Shown here: positions 41,040 to 54,153 of the stretch, piece after piece | How positions within the stretch are numbered: position 1 is the stretch's first letter | How the letters are laid out: each line of letters starts with the position of its first letter | NCBI GenBank assembly: GCA_043228905.1 | Contig: JBHGNT010000002.1 | Span: 23,312,001-23,376,000 of the forward strand | Direction of reading: 5' to 3' | Source of the DNA: Azolla caroliniana | Taxonomy: Eukaryota > Plantae > Polypodiophyta | Length of the DNA: 64,000 nucleotides | Notes under the pieces: model-generated | What the model was told of the DNA's origin: nothing | The model's input: only the letters and a program-made list of their open reading frames with translations | Database searches by the model: none | Made by a program: the position numbers and the translations under genes

Positions 41040-41700
41040 TTAGGTTTTATCACACGGCCAAAATATCTAGATGTATTCCTACCACATGCACTAAGGGTTG
41101 CCATTGGACAACTTAGAATATCATCTCACCAACTTGAGATTGAGAATGGCCGTAGTAATGGAGTCCCTAGGGAGGAAAGGATATGTAGGTTATGTCACAT
41201 AGAGATATAGGATGAGTATCACTTTACATGCAAGTGCCCAACCTACGCTGAGATAAGGGCAAAATACCAAGACATACTTGGTTCCTCTCCCACCCTCCCC
41301 AAACTATTAGATACTCTAGATATAAAGAAATTAGGCAAATACATTCTAGAGCTAAAACAACACAGAGAGAATAAGTTACAAAATGTTGACAATAATGTTG
41401 CTAATGTTCACCAACACGTAACAAATGAAGTTTTTCAGGAACAGGGGGAGACAACGAATGTCGACACACTTGCACCACTCGGCCTTTCCCTTGATGAGGC
41501 AGAAAACCAAAGAAGAACCAGACGTCCTCGGGTGCCAAGTTTCAAAGCAACTCGACGTGGTGTGGAAGCAATAATGAAAATAAGGGAACGTTAGCTACAC
41601 CGCCTAGAAGCCATGGCTAGGGCACTCTCTACATTGGAACCACGGTGTCGCGTTGTTACGCGCGTGCGTGTAGAAAGAGGCAGGACCACGGGGGTCTTGG
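41040..41700 (+). mobile_element. Truncated non-LTR retrotransposon (ORF2 C-terminal zinc-binding region)
   Basis: QLRISSHQLEIENGRSNGVPREERICRLCHIEI*DEYHFTCKCPTYAEIR; bounded by (CT)n and (GA)n. Confidence 0.75.
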
Positions 41701-41704
41701 ACCA

Positions 41705-41775
<71 letters not shown>

Positions 41776-41989
41776 GAATCCAATTACTAAAATCCTCGAG
41801 GGCTTCACTGTCAAAACTTGTATGATAGCACGTGAGTTCATCAAAAGGGGTTTAAATTAACCATTGAGATACAATATATATATATGTAAGGGTATTAATA
41901 AATACATAAAAAATATATTTACATAAGGGTGTTATCAATTATGCTATAGAAAAAAATTACATAAGCCCATGAAATATTAGATATTTCAA

Positions 41990-42527
41990 TGAGATAGTAA
42001 AGAATATATTATGCAAACAATAGTCAATTTTGGAGTAGTATACATACATACATACGTACATGCACATATACCTACATTCAAACATTACATCCATGAATAT
42101 GTAGTCAATTTTGGAGTAGTATACATACATACATACATACATGCACATATACCTACATTCAAACATTACATCCATGAATATGTATATACATGCATTACAC
42201 ACATTTATACATGCATACTAACTAAACATGAATATATGTACAAATATATATAATTACCATATGTAAATACATACACAAATACATATATGTAAATGCATAC
42301 ATGCTACATACATATTTTGTATATTGCATATTACACACATATATTATTATGCACACAATTATATACAAATACATATATACATACCAAACACAAAAAATAT
42401 ACATACATAAATAAATTACATATTATATATACACACACATACACATACACATAAATACGTATAGTGACATATTATATGTATTACAAATCATACATACAAA
42501 CAAGTTATATATATATATATATATATA

Positions 42528-42573
<46 letters not shown>

Positions 42574-42656
42574 TAAATAAATTACATACTACATATCATA
42601 TAATCCATTCATATTACACAATATACAAATTTACATACACATATATACATACATTA

Positions 42657-42705
<49 letters not shown>

Positions 42706-44779
42706 GTATATATATTGCATATGTACATTTATTCCACATATCACCATATATATATATATAGGTTATATGGGACCATACAAACTACAATACTTAAATATCT
42801 ACATACATACACACACATCATATATATGAGTGCATATTACAATTTACGTACATATTACACACATACATACATTACATACATACATACATATCACCACATA
42901 CACAAACACAAATACACACATTGTCATACACAATATAATAGTACATATATACATACACATACATACATATTATGCACATATTATAAACATACATCCAAAC
43001 ACATCGAATCATGTACGTGGACATATGCATATATGTATACAAATACATACATACATACATATTCCACATATCACCATATATATACATAGGTAATACGGGG
43101 TCATACAAATTACAATACTTATAAGTTACATATACACACACACACACACATTAGATATATGTATACTTACACATACGTTGGATATATGCATGGATATTAT
43201 GTGCATATTGCAAACATACATCCATAGATTGAGATATTCGCATTCGTGGGGCCTCCCCCACGAATACCAACGAATACGTATAAGAATATTTCTTCCAATA
43301 TTCGTTAACTTTTTTTTTCCCCCTTTTTTTCCCTATTTTTTTTTGAAAAAATGCATTCGACGAGTAGCGAATAGAGAAGAGCTCTGCAGGGAATAGCAAT
43401 CAGCAATCAACAGGGAACAACATCAAACATCGGCTCCTCGAAATTTAGGGTTCGACTGCGTCCTTTCCTCCTCCTGCGTAAGACATACACTCGGGCAAAA
43501 CAGTACAAAGCAATAAGAGATATCAATCAAACTAGGGTAAAACAAATATGATCCAAGATAGAGATCACTCAAATTAGGTTAATCAAAAGGAATCCATAAA
43601 AGATACCACTCAGCTTGGGTAGCAAAAGAAAGAAAGGAAAAACAAAAAGAAACAGAAAGAAACCCATCAAATGTAAAGAGTCAATGAGGTTCAAAGCAGA
43701 AGAGAAAGAAGAATCTCATCAAAGGTATCATTTCACATAAATATAGGTTAAGATAGGAGGAGAGAAACAGGGGGGGGGGGGGGGTAAGTTATAAAAAATT
43801 TCCATGATTTGTTTACCTTGAGATCACAAGAGGGGATGTCTTGGCAGGGGTGGGCAGCAACAACAATCCACAGGTTGTTGTCAAGGATGCCATGGGCAAA
43901 AGGCCAAAAGCAAAAGAAGCAGCAATGGCTATGGAAGCTTGAGGCACTCAATGGGTTCCACTAGTGGTTTTGATTTTTGAAGACCTTCCATTTTTCGATT
44001 AATTGGTGATTTTTCCTGTTTTTTTTAAGTGAATTGAATACTTTTTATTATGTAAATTTATTTTCCATAAACGAATGGTTTTATAATATTCTTGGAGCAA
44101 TTTTATATTCTTGAATACTACGAATATTGCGGATGTCGAATACCACGCATATCGCGCATGGATCAATCTATGCATACATCCATATATGAGCCATACACAT
44201 ACTAAACATGAAAATACCCTGAAAAGATACATAAATACATTACATATTACATATATACACATACATGCATTCATACATGAACATACATATATTCATTCAT
44301 ACATTGCTACACATACATACGTACACATGCCTGCAATGATACATTTATAAATGTTACCAACTTACATCCATACATGTACATACATGCATGCATGCATACA
44401 ATACAAATGTACATACCTACACACATAAATATGTGCATATGTGTATATATGTATGTGGTGTGTGTTGTATGTGTGTGTGTATATATATTGTATTGTATGC
44501 ATGAATACACACACATAACACATACACACGCACCATACATAGAATACATACATATGCACATGTAAAGAACACACACACACACACATGCCATACACACAAT
44601 ACATACAACACATGCAATACAATACAATATGTACATACACACACATACATATATACACCTGCAATACAATACATACATATGTACATCAATAGAAAATACA
44701 CACACATAACACATACATACATAGACACATGCTATATATACAATACATAATACATACATATGTATATGTAGAAATAAAG

Positions 44780-44843
<64 letters not shown>

Positions 44844-45240
44844 ACACATACGTATATAGACACATGCTACACATATGATACATACAATACATACATACAT
44901 ATGCATATATAGAAAATACACACACACACTAACATTAACACATACATAATTAGACACATGTTATACATACAAATTTACAATACATATATGTATAAGCACA
45001 TCTATAGAACACGTGTGCACACACACACACATGTTGTACATACAATACATACATACGCACATGCCATATACACAATACACACATAAGCACATGCATAGAA
45101 CATACACAATTACTCATATAGTAGATACATACATATACACATGGCATACATACAACACATGCAATATAATACATACATATGCACACACACCAAATATGCA
45201 TACATATGTAAGGCACATGTGTACATAAACACACACACAC
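41990..45240. repeat. CA/TA-rich compound microsatellite field (includes an 81-bp duplication at ~42020-42180)
   Basis: Direct reading; similar field again at 47900-48260. Confidence 0.9.
43223..44172. mobile_element. Non-autonomous hAT-type element with gene-like cargo
   Basis: TIR CATAGATTGA / TCAATCTATG, perfect 8-bp TSD CATACATC, subterminal CGAATA/TATTCG repeats. Confidence 0.92.
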
Positions 45241-45429
45241 ACTACAACATTATTTTTAAAACACCGTGACAGAGTCCCGCTAATTGTTTCAAAAAAAGGG
45301 GGGAAGAAAAGGGGGAGGGGGATTACATTCGTGTTTTAGCAAAAAATGGGGGGGGGGGGGAGAGAATGAAAGGGAGGGGAGTATACATATTTTGATGTGG
45401 GACAAGAAAGAGGGGAGAGACAAAGACAG

Positions 45430-45944
45430 ATCGAAGCTGTGGCGGAAACTCAGCGGCCACAACGACTGGCTCACCTCCATTTCTTGCCCCATCATCGATG
45501 GGTACATGATCGTCTCTGCTTCTCGAGACAAGCCGAGACAAGTCTCTTGTGGTGTGGTCCCTCACCCGAGACGAAAACTATGGCTATATGAAGAAACGTC
45601 TCACAGGTCATGGTCACTTCGTATAAGATGTTTTCATCTCTTCCGATAGGAAGTTTGCTCTATAAGGGAGTTGGGAGGGAGAGCTTCATCTGTGGGATCT
45701 CTACTCCGGTGCCACAAACCGCTGATTCACCGGACACTCTAAAGACACTCTGTGAACAATCGTAAGATCGTTTCCACGTCGAGGGATCGATTCATCAAGC
45801 TTTGGAACACTCTCGGCGAGTGCAACTATACTATCCAAGATGGAGATGCACACACCGGTTGGGTATCATGGTTAATTCTCACATGTTACCGCAAATCCTA
45901 TCATGGTTTCTGGTTCTTGGGACAAATATGTGGTGTGGAACCTT
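45430..45944 (+). pseudogene. RACK1: RACK1 (WD40) gene fragment, degenerate
   Basis: [20 protein letters not shown]; [17 protein letters not shown]; [36 protein letters not shown]; stops and frameshifts. Confidence 0.92.
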
Positions 45945-46248
45945 AATAACCTTAAATCACCCGCTAATTACAACAACAATAGGTCATAGTTGGGAGCTCC
46001 TCCACACAAAGGAATATTATGTGCAAATCCATCCATGCTATTGCAAGTGAGTTGATATAAAAAGTTCGACATTATGGGTTGTATGTACGGTTGTTTGTTG
46101 TAATCATGTTGTGTAGTTTTTCTCCTCCTAATGATTTTTCCACGGGTATGGTTTTTTTACGCATCAAACATTAAGAAATATGCATTTTTGTTGAAAGGAT
46201 TGTCGATTTTGGGTCAGATATTGAAATAATTTTATTTATACTTGCAAG

Positions 46249-47066
46249 TTGGGAAACTGTGGAAAAAGGGATCAACCAAATAATTATCCAAAAGTTGTTG
46301 TCGCATGCAGGTAATGACATGCCTGTTTAATGTGTTTTGTGAGCATTTTGTTTATGCTTTCACTTCAAAAGTTTCATTGTTTGATACAATCATAAAATGT
46401 AGTTCTTGAAGAATTTTAAACTGGGATTTTTGTTTTGGAATGATTCTCAACACTCATAGGTGTGGCTATCATTTGGGCCTATGCATGCCTCCTTATAGTA
46501 ATGGGAGCCTACAAACATGCCTTTGATGTTATTGCTTCCAACTGCTAGATTGGTCGAGCGTCATTGGTTGTTTCATCACCTTGGTAATTTGAGCCATATT
46601 GATTGTTTCTTTTGTTCATTGTACAATATAACAACATTTTTGAAGTGTGGGCAATTAGATAGAGTCACCCTTTGAAACTCAATAAATATAAGTGATGTGC
46701 ATGTATATCTCAATGTTATCTATTTTTGGGCAAGGAAGAACATGTAAGGGCATGATGTAACACGATGGTGAATAACACTTACATCAATGTGTTACTCAAG
46801 GATAAATATTGGATACACATTTTTGGTGATATAAAATCATTGTTCCTCTACCGATTCTCTTTTAGTAATTCCTAGTTATATATTGCAAGTTATATGTATC
46901 TAAGTTGATATTTAGATGGAACATCAAGGTTGCCAAAATTGTGAATTTAGTTTAATTTTGAATTTCTAAGCTTCACATTCCTTATACTCTTCAATGGGGT
47001 GCTTCGACGTTTCATGCAAGTCTTATGGTCGGCATGATGGTTGCGATGCTAGTTTCCATGGTTGAG
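46249..47066 (+). pseudogene. NAT: Nucleobase-ascorbate transporter fragment: three exons (~46249-46311, 46403-46583, 46970-47066) with introns
   Basis: FLKNF..LE*FSTLIGVAIIWAYACLLIVMGAYKH..NC*IGRASLVVSSPW|GT and LHIPYTLQWGASTFHASLMVGMMVAMLVSMVE|GT match plant NAT motifs and exon borders as I recall them. Confidence 0.8.
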
Positions 47067-48407
47067 GTAAATTTGTCATGTTGAAGTATGTTACCAATAC
47101 AAGAGGCATAATTGAAACTCTATTTTGGTTTTATTTGTTGTGAATTGGATACACGAATTCCCACAATGTGTTTATTTCATTATGTAACAGTTAATTTGTC
47201 AAGACCAAACCTATCTACGATAAATATTGTTGTTGAGACCAAACCTTTCAGATTAGATGTTCTTGAATCTAAACCTTTGTGGGTTCCATAGCTTACTTGC
47301 TATGTTTCTTTTGTAGAGAGATTAATGGCTATGGCTATGGAAGAGATGTTTAAAGGTTAAAAGTATTGTGTGTGGTTGCATTGTAGGAGCTTAAGGACTT
47401 AAATGTTGAAGTTTTCTTAGAGAAAAACTCGGTATGTGTTTGTTTTGTCATTGTAGCAACTTCATGCAGTGAAGTTCTTTCTCAAGTTGAATGTTGTGAA
47501 TTATTCTTGCACATCACATGGTATATTCTTGTTATGATATATCTTCTGTTTGATATATCGTTTTTCACTTCCATGAAACCATGATATATGCAATGTTACA
47601 TAGGCATGTCAAAGAAGATGGCATTGAGTGTGATCCTATTCTTTGAATGAAGGTGGTGTGAAGACGCACATACTCTCCACGCTCACATACATGCAAATAT
47701 ACATACAAACAAGCAAACATACATACATACAACAAACACATTCTAAACAAAAGAAATGTAGAAAGGGAAAACAAAAAATACAAAATGAAGAACAAAATAA
47801 ATAAATGCTTGTTAAAAAAAGTAAAAACAAAAAGTAAACACGTTACAAAATGATTGTATGTGAGCGATGCCAATAGTGATGAGTTTTGGCATCACTACCA
47901 ACCTATTTTATTGTGACATGTATAGAATACACATTCACATAGATCTAACATGCACATACATAGACACATAGACACATGGCATAATACAATACATACAACA
48001 CATGCAATACAATACAATACAATACATACATACATACATACATAAACATGGAATACAATATAGTACATGCATACATACACATGCAATACAATACAATACA
48101 ATACATAAACATGGAATACAACACAATACATACATACATACACATGCAATACATACACACATAACATATACATACATACATACAACCATGCATAAAATAT
48201 GCCCAACACATTCAAATAATACAATGCATATTTATATACATCTATAGGATATACATGTGTTTTTCTATGTAAGGGTATTTAAAATAGTTGTCAAAATATA
48301 TATTGACAATAAGGGGTATTTTTATTAATCGTTTTTTTACAAAAGGGTTCTAAAATAGTGAAAAAACATATGTATAAGGGGTTTATAAAAGATATCTTGA
48401 ATGCACG

Positions 48408-48959
48408 TGATACAACCTCTTTAAATATAGTGGAGCCCCCGGGCTAAAATCAATAGTTTACAACTCGAACAGTTACAACCGGCAACCCGGTAATGGGCCC
48501 GACACGGGGTCCCACTCACGCACACAGACGACTGCCACACAACTCCAGGAACCAAAAAGAGCAGCCGGGAGAGAGCCTCTGCTTGAAGCACACGGGCTGT
48601 CAACGAAGCAGAGGCAGCGAGCTCCCGACGACCGGAGGAGGAGGAGAGAGAGCTCGGCACTCCGTTTTGCAACAACACTTCCTCTTCCCCAACGCGTGAT
48701 ATTTCTCTTCCTCCTCTCCCTCTCTTTTATAGCACAAGGAGGGAGGCTGTTATCACCCGTTACATCATATTAACTCTCTGTCCTTTCGGACAGAGATCCA
48801 ATCCGATTCTCTCCCTATTGAATGCGTGCTACCTAGGATCTTACCTCAGCCGATTTGTACCTACCTACTTACTATACAACGAAAAGTGCGCTCGCGTGCA
48901 AAGGCCGGTTTACACATGCTAAACTCGGTTTTCGCCTAGGGACGATTTTCTTCACGACA
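48408..48959 (-). mobile_element. Probable solo LTR
   Basis: Minus strand starts TGTCGTGAAG (same as the gypsy LTR at 53123), contains TATAAAAG, ends ...TATCA; only a 3-nt flank match (ACG). Confidence 0.55.
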
Positions 48960-49038
48960 ACGGGTCACACCTACATCAAAACCCTTTGACCCCCCACTTC
49001 TTTTCGAGAGGCTTGGGTGGAAATAAAATTAAGATTAG

Positions 49039-49203
49039 TGTAAAGTCACTTCCTTTATCGAGTATACCACGTATTGTACACTACTAGAACTCTTTTAGCT
49101 TAACTTCTATGTTTACTTTATTTTATTTTAGTTATGATGACTGGATAAATACTCATTTTGTTGTACCAATTGTCTCATGGGCCAATTTTGGCCTTAGAAG
49201 ACG

Positions 49204-49242
<39 letters not shown>

Positions 49243-49247
49243 TTCTT

Positions 49248-49320
<73 letters not shown>

Positions 49321-50409
49321 ACACATGCACTCTCACACAAAGCTTACTTCTGCTGCATAGCACCATCTACGCCTTTCTTTCTTAACATGGTACCAGAGTG
49401 TGTGGTTATCTGATCAAGCTTAATCGACTATGTTGTGCTACACATCAACGATCAACTGAACCGGTCCAAAAATAGAGAAGAAATCACACACACACACACA
49501 CACACACACACTCTCTCTCTCTCTTTCACACATGCACTCTCACACAAAGCTTAATTCTGCTGCATAGCACCATCTACGCCTTTCTTTCTTAACATGGTAT
49601 CAGAGTGTGTGGTTATCTGATCAAGCTTAATCGACTATGTTGTGCTACACATCAACGATCAACTGAACCGGTCCAAAAATAGAGAAGAAATCACACACAC
49701 ACACACACACACACACTCTCTCTCTCTTTCACACATGCACTCTCACACAAAGCTTACTTCTGCTGCATAGCACCATCTACGCCTTTCTTTCTTAACATGG
49801 TATCAGAGTGTGTGGTTATCTGATCAAGCTTAATCGACTATGTTGTGCTACACATCGACGATCAACTGAACCGGTCCAAAAATAGAGAAGAAATCATCAT
49901 GAATACTCAGATGGGAAGTACTCTTCCCATGGAGAAGCTCGACAGGACAAACTTCGCATCTTGGGAGTACAAGATGCATCAATAACTTGTCGGACAAGGT
50001 TACTGGAGCTACATCGAGGGAGCTCACGAAACGCAACCCAACCCAACACACACCGACTACTTAGGATGGGAGTAGGCTGCGAGTCGTGTGTTGTACTGCC
50101 TTGCATCATGCGTTCATGACCACATGCTTGGCTATATTCGAGATTTGAAAACGAAAGAAGCTTGGGGAAATCTAAAGAAGATTTTTTCGGCCAATACGGA
50201 TGCAAGAAAGCTCCAACTTCGACAGGAGCTAAACAACATGCAACAGAGGGATATGTCGATCACCGACTATACCTTGAAGATCAAGGAGCTGTGTGATGCC
50301 CTCGGATCACTCAATGTCATCATTGACGATGACGAAATGGTGTAAATATGCTTCGACGGCTTAGCACTGCACTTCGGCGCAATCAAATCGGCCATTCTCG
50401 CAAGGGAGA
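49039..50409 (+). mobile_element. Truncated copia element: 5' LTR, triplicated U5-PBS-leader, gag fragment (49899-50409)
   Basis: ..TTAACA|TGGTATCAGAG three times; EKLDRTNFASWEYKM...ARKLQLRQELNNMQQ copia gag with stops; LTR start uncertain. Confidence 0.85.
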
Positions 50410-51605
50410 TGTCATGAACATCGACTTGAATGTGAACCTTAGGACCTTGTATATATTTATTTCTCCTATTTCCGTCCCACTCAACATCGCACGTGAGCTG
50501 ACGAAATTCAGATGCATAGATTGATATCGCACGATCTCCTTGTTGTAACGCATATAGTTTGTTGAGTGCGGCTCGTCATTTGTTGGACTCCCCAAAAGTT
50601 GCCTCAAATTCGGTAAGAAATGCTTGGAAGTCATTCAAGAGAGGCAAAGAGGTCTCCACTAGAGGGGCAAACCAAGCTTGTGCTTGTCCTGTCAACAACG
50701 TGCCGATGAGCCCAACTTGTCGAAAGTCATCAGAATAGCGTCGGAGCTAAAGACGAATAATAAGTTGGATTTGGTTGATGAAACCTCTTAGCCATGACCT
50801 TGTTCCATCGAATTTTTTAGGCAAGCTGACATTGGGTTCTATAGCATAAGGGTCAAAAATCGGGTGAGGTATAACCGTTGTGGCTGCCTGAAGTCAGAGT
50901 TTCACAAGTTCGCATTCTCATGTTGGAGTTGTTGCACGACTGTCAAAATTTTCTCAAGATTACTAGATGATTCTGACATGATAGTGTATTGAGAAAGAAG
51001 AAAAGAAGGAAAGAAGGAAGGAAAGAAGGGAGGAGATTAATTTGTCACGGATGAACAATTGGAGATAAAGAGATGGGGAAGTTGATGAGATAAGGAGATC
51101 GAGAAGTTTATGACAATGAGTAAAAATATCTATTCCATGATTGGTGTTGATCTCCTTCCTTCTTTCCTTCCCGAGGCTATCCCATCTCTGAGGCTATATG
51201 GGAGCCTGTTAGAAATTTACTAAATGCCCCGGAAGTGGTTCATGATTTTCATCTCCGATATCCTTACAAACCCGCACCTTCTTGAAGTCGGCACTTAAGG
51301 GGAGGATGATGTCGTGAACATCGACTTGAATGTGAACCTTAGGCCCTTGTATATATATATTTCTCCTAGACAAACTTTAGACTTCAAACCTTTGTATAAA
51401 GAGTGGTATGTAAGACCCAATATGTAAGACTCAGTATGTAAGTCTCAATATGTAAGACTTGGCATGCAAGAATTAGTATGCTTGATATTATAGTATGTAA
51501 GACTTGGCATGATCATGCTTATCATGCATCACTACTTGTATAAAAAGGGTTGATCTCCCTTGTTTACATCAAGAAGATCAACACCAGTCATGGAATAGAT
51601 ATTTT
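50410..51605 (+). mobile_element. Rearranged chromovirus (Ty3/gypsy) remnant
   Basis: LTR start repeated at 50410 and 51310; PPT AGGGGAGGATGA; chromodomain tail RGYPISEAIWEPVRNLLNAPEVVHDFH (51172-51285); inverted gag (50469-50979, PKKFDGTRSWLRGFINQI) and inverted LTR 3' part (51043-51155). Confidence 0.8.
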
Positions 51606-51702
51606 TGTGAAGAACAGTGCGGAATATTGCTTGGCCACAACCGAGTCTTGGATCACTTCAATGAGAATCAAACATAGAAATGGGAAATAGAGAGTGAACG
51701 CA

Positions 51703-51737
<35 letters not shown>

Positions 51738-53122
51738 GAGAGTACTCACGATGTTTACGTGGAAAACCCTAATAGGGAAAAACCACGGGAGCCCACAAAC
51801 TCCAAACTATCACTATGTATGAAAGGTACAAACAGAGACTCGAAGGCAATGACCTCGAGCTCTGAATCTTCGCCAACGATGGTTACAACAGAGTATTGCT
51901 CTGTATCTCTCTCTCCCTCTCTCTCTCCCTCTCTTTGTACAACAATATAACAACAACCACCTTACAAAGTAATTGCCCTAAGTCAGATTTATACTTATAT
52001 GAACTTAGGGCTATTTACAAATATAGCCTCAATACGCTTACTCAAAACATATTTACAGACATAGATTGACATATTCGCATTCATCGAGTTTCCCATTCAA
52101 ATGCAAACAAATACGAATACGAATGGGTGGTCAAGTATTCGTTTAACTAAAAAAAACAAAAACACTCTGTCTTTTTTAATTTCCTAGGATAAAAAAAATG
52201 GAACTTGACAATAAATAGGGATAATAAAAGATGGACTTGGGGATTTGAGACTACTAAATTTTTATAATAAATGTATAACTTATAAGTTATAAGTATTCGT
52301 TTTATTTTTAATAAAAAATAAAATAAAAATAAAGCCTAATTAATTTCTCACTTTTTATTCCCTCAAAATTTATGGATATTTTTATTTTGACATTAAAAAT
52401 AGTACTTCAAACTAATCATATCTTCAAAGTTCATACTAATCATATTTGTATAATAAATATAAAAATATTCGTTTTTTAAAAAGTAATTAATTAATTGATT
52501 AATTAAAATAAGTTTTATATACATAATAGTTCTTTTTTCGGTGAAATAAATTTATTTAAATAAATAAATAAATCTTTTATATTTATTTTGCAAAACGAAT
52601 GGTTTTCTAATATTGTTGGGGCCATTTCGTATTCTCGAATATTGAGAATATTGCGCATGGAGAATATCACGAATATCACGCATGTGTTAATCTATGTTTA
52701 CAGATATGTCTTCTCTTCCGGTTCTCACTGGCTCTCTTCCAGTTCTCACCAGGTCTCCTCCGGTTTCCGGATCTCTTCCGGTTCTCACTGGGTCTAGATT
52801 ATTCATCACTGGATCCCATCCGGATGGACCGATTTCCCAACAATCTCCCCCTTCACTCCCAACATATTACTTCCTTGCCGACTTCCACAACTGCCATATA
52901 CTCCGCTTCCGTTGTTGATCGTGGAATGGACTTCTACAGCCTCGACTGCCATGATACGACTCCCCCTGCATAAGTCATGACATATCCAAATGTAGACCGG
53001 CTGGTATCCGCATAAGTCGACATATCCGAATCCGTGAATCCGGCAAGTTGGGGTTTACCTGAGCCAAACCGAAGGCACATACTCGAGGTGCCTTTCAAGT
53101 ATTGAAGTATCCACTTGACCGT
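51606..53122 (-). mobile_element. 3' end of a copia element (RT/RNase H fragment, PPT, 3' LTR 51606-52842)
   Basis: VKWILQYLKGT...GFTDSD...RSTFGYV...VSWQSRL; PPT AAGGGGGAGA at ~52844-52853; TG..CA ends. Confidence 0.85.
52060..52696. mobile_element. hAT-type MITE, same family as 43223-44172
   Basis: TIR CATAGATT / AATCTATG, perfect 8-bp TSD TTTACAGA, CGAATA repeats, AT-rich core. Confidence 0.92.
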
Positions 53123-53621
53123 TGTCGTGAAGATTTTCGGCAATAGTGTGAAAATCCCATAAAACGTACGAAATCGAGTATGAATCACGTAATACAATAA
53201 TTGTGAAGATAACATTTTTAATATCTAAGTACAAAATGATGGAGGTTTCGAATGCACTTTATTACACGAGAAATGGACAACTAAATGTCAAGATATGAGG
53301 GTATAAAGTTTGTGAAAAGAAAAGAGAAAATTGTGAGATATCCCACATAGGCACGACAAATACGGCTCTCATCATATATAAGGTGGAGCAAAAGATATTA
53401 TCTTTGTGTCTATGTGTGGAGCATAGAGAGTTCAAGGTAACTTGAACTAAGAGTGGAGGTGGCTAGCTACTCGTAAAGGGTTTTGGCCAACCAAAACCGG
53501 ACCGGCGATGGAGCCGATGATCCGGCGGCAATCCGGCACCGGTATCCGGCGATGGCATCCGGCGAACCGGCGTCCGACGACTAGATAAATAAATATATAA
53601 ATATATATACATATACAAGGA

Positions 53622-53692
53622 GGGCAAGTATGGATTCGAACCTTACACCTCCAAGTTAGGAGTCAATTGGCTTATCATTAAGCCATGCTATT
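53622..53692 (-). ncRNA. tRNA-like (Pol III A/B box) cassette within the gypsy 5' LTR; second copy 63609-63679
   Basis: TGGCTTAATGATAAGCC...CTCCTAA...GGTTCGAATCC with tRNA spacing; acceptor and anticodon stems degenerate. Confidence 0.55.
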
Positions 53693-54153
53693 TAGTTGAA
53701 ATTATATTTCTATCATTGTACTTTTACATGTAAATTCTCATACATGAGAGCTAAAATGAGTGACATGGTTAGCATGCACCACATGTAATACTTAAGCGCC
53801 AAATGGCAAACATGCAATTTATGCATGTCTTGTACCCTCACATGCATCATATGCATGAGAGCATCTATAAAAGAGGGAAGGGGGAGGAGAAAAAACACGG
53901 TTTTTTTTATGAAAATTAAGAGGAAGAAATTCGTTATCAAATCAATCGTGTAATCTCAACTTCTCTCTTTCCCAATCTATCTTAAGTACTTTCTCGCCAA
54001 AGCTTGTATCGACTCTAAATCCTTCTGGCCCAGAACCCCGGCGGTTCCGCCTCACGATCCGCGCGTAGTGACGGATCTTCACGACATAATCAAGTGGTGA
54101 ACCCGACGTGAAAGAGGCGGTAGGAAGGATCAAGTCGAGATTAATACTTGGAG

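Noticed and set aside
45240-47878. CACTA element boundaries around the RACK1/NAT cassette
   Set aside because: CACTA and TAGTG present but no extended TIR match or 3-bp TSD
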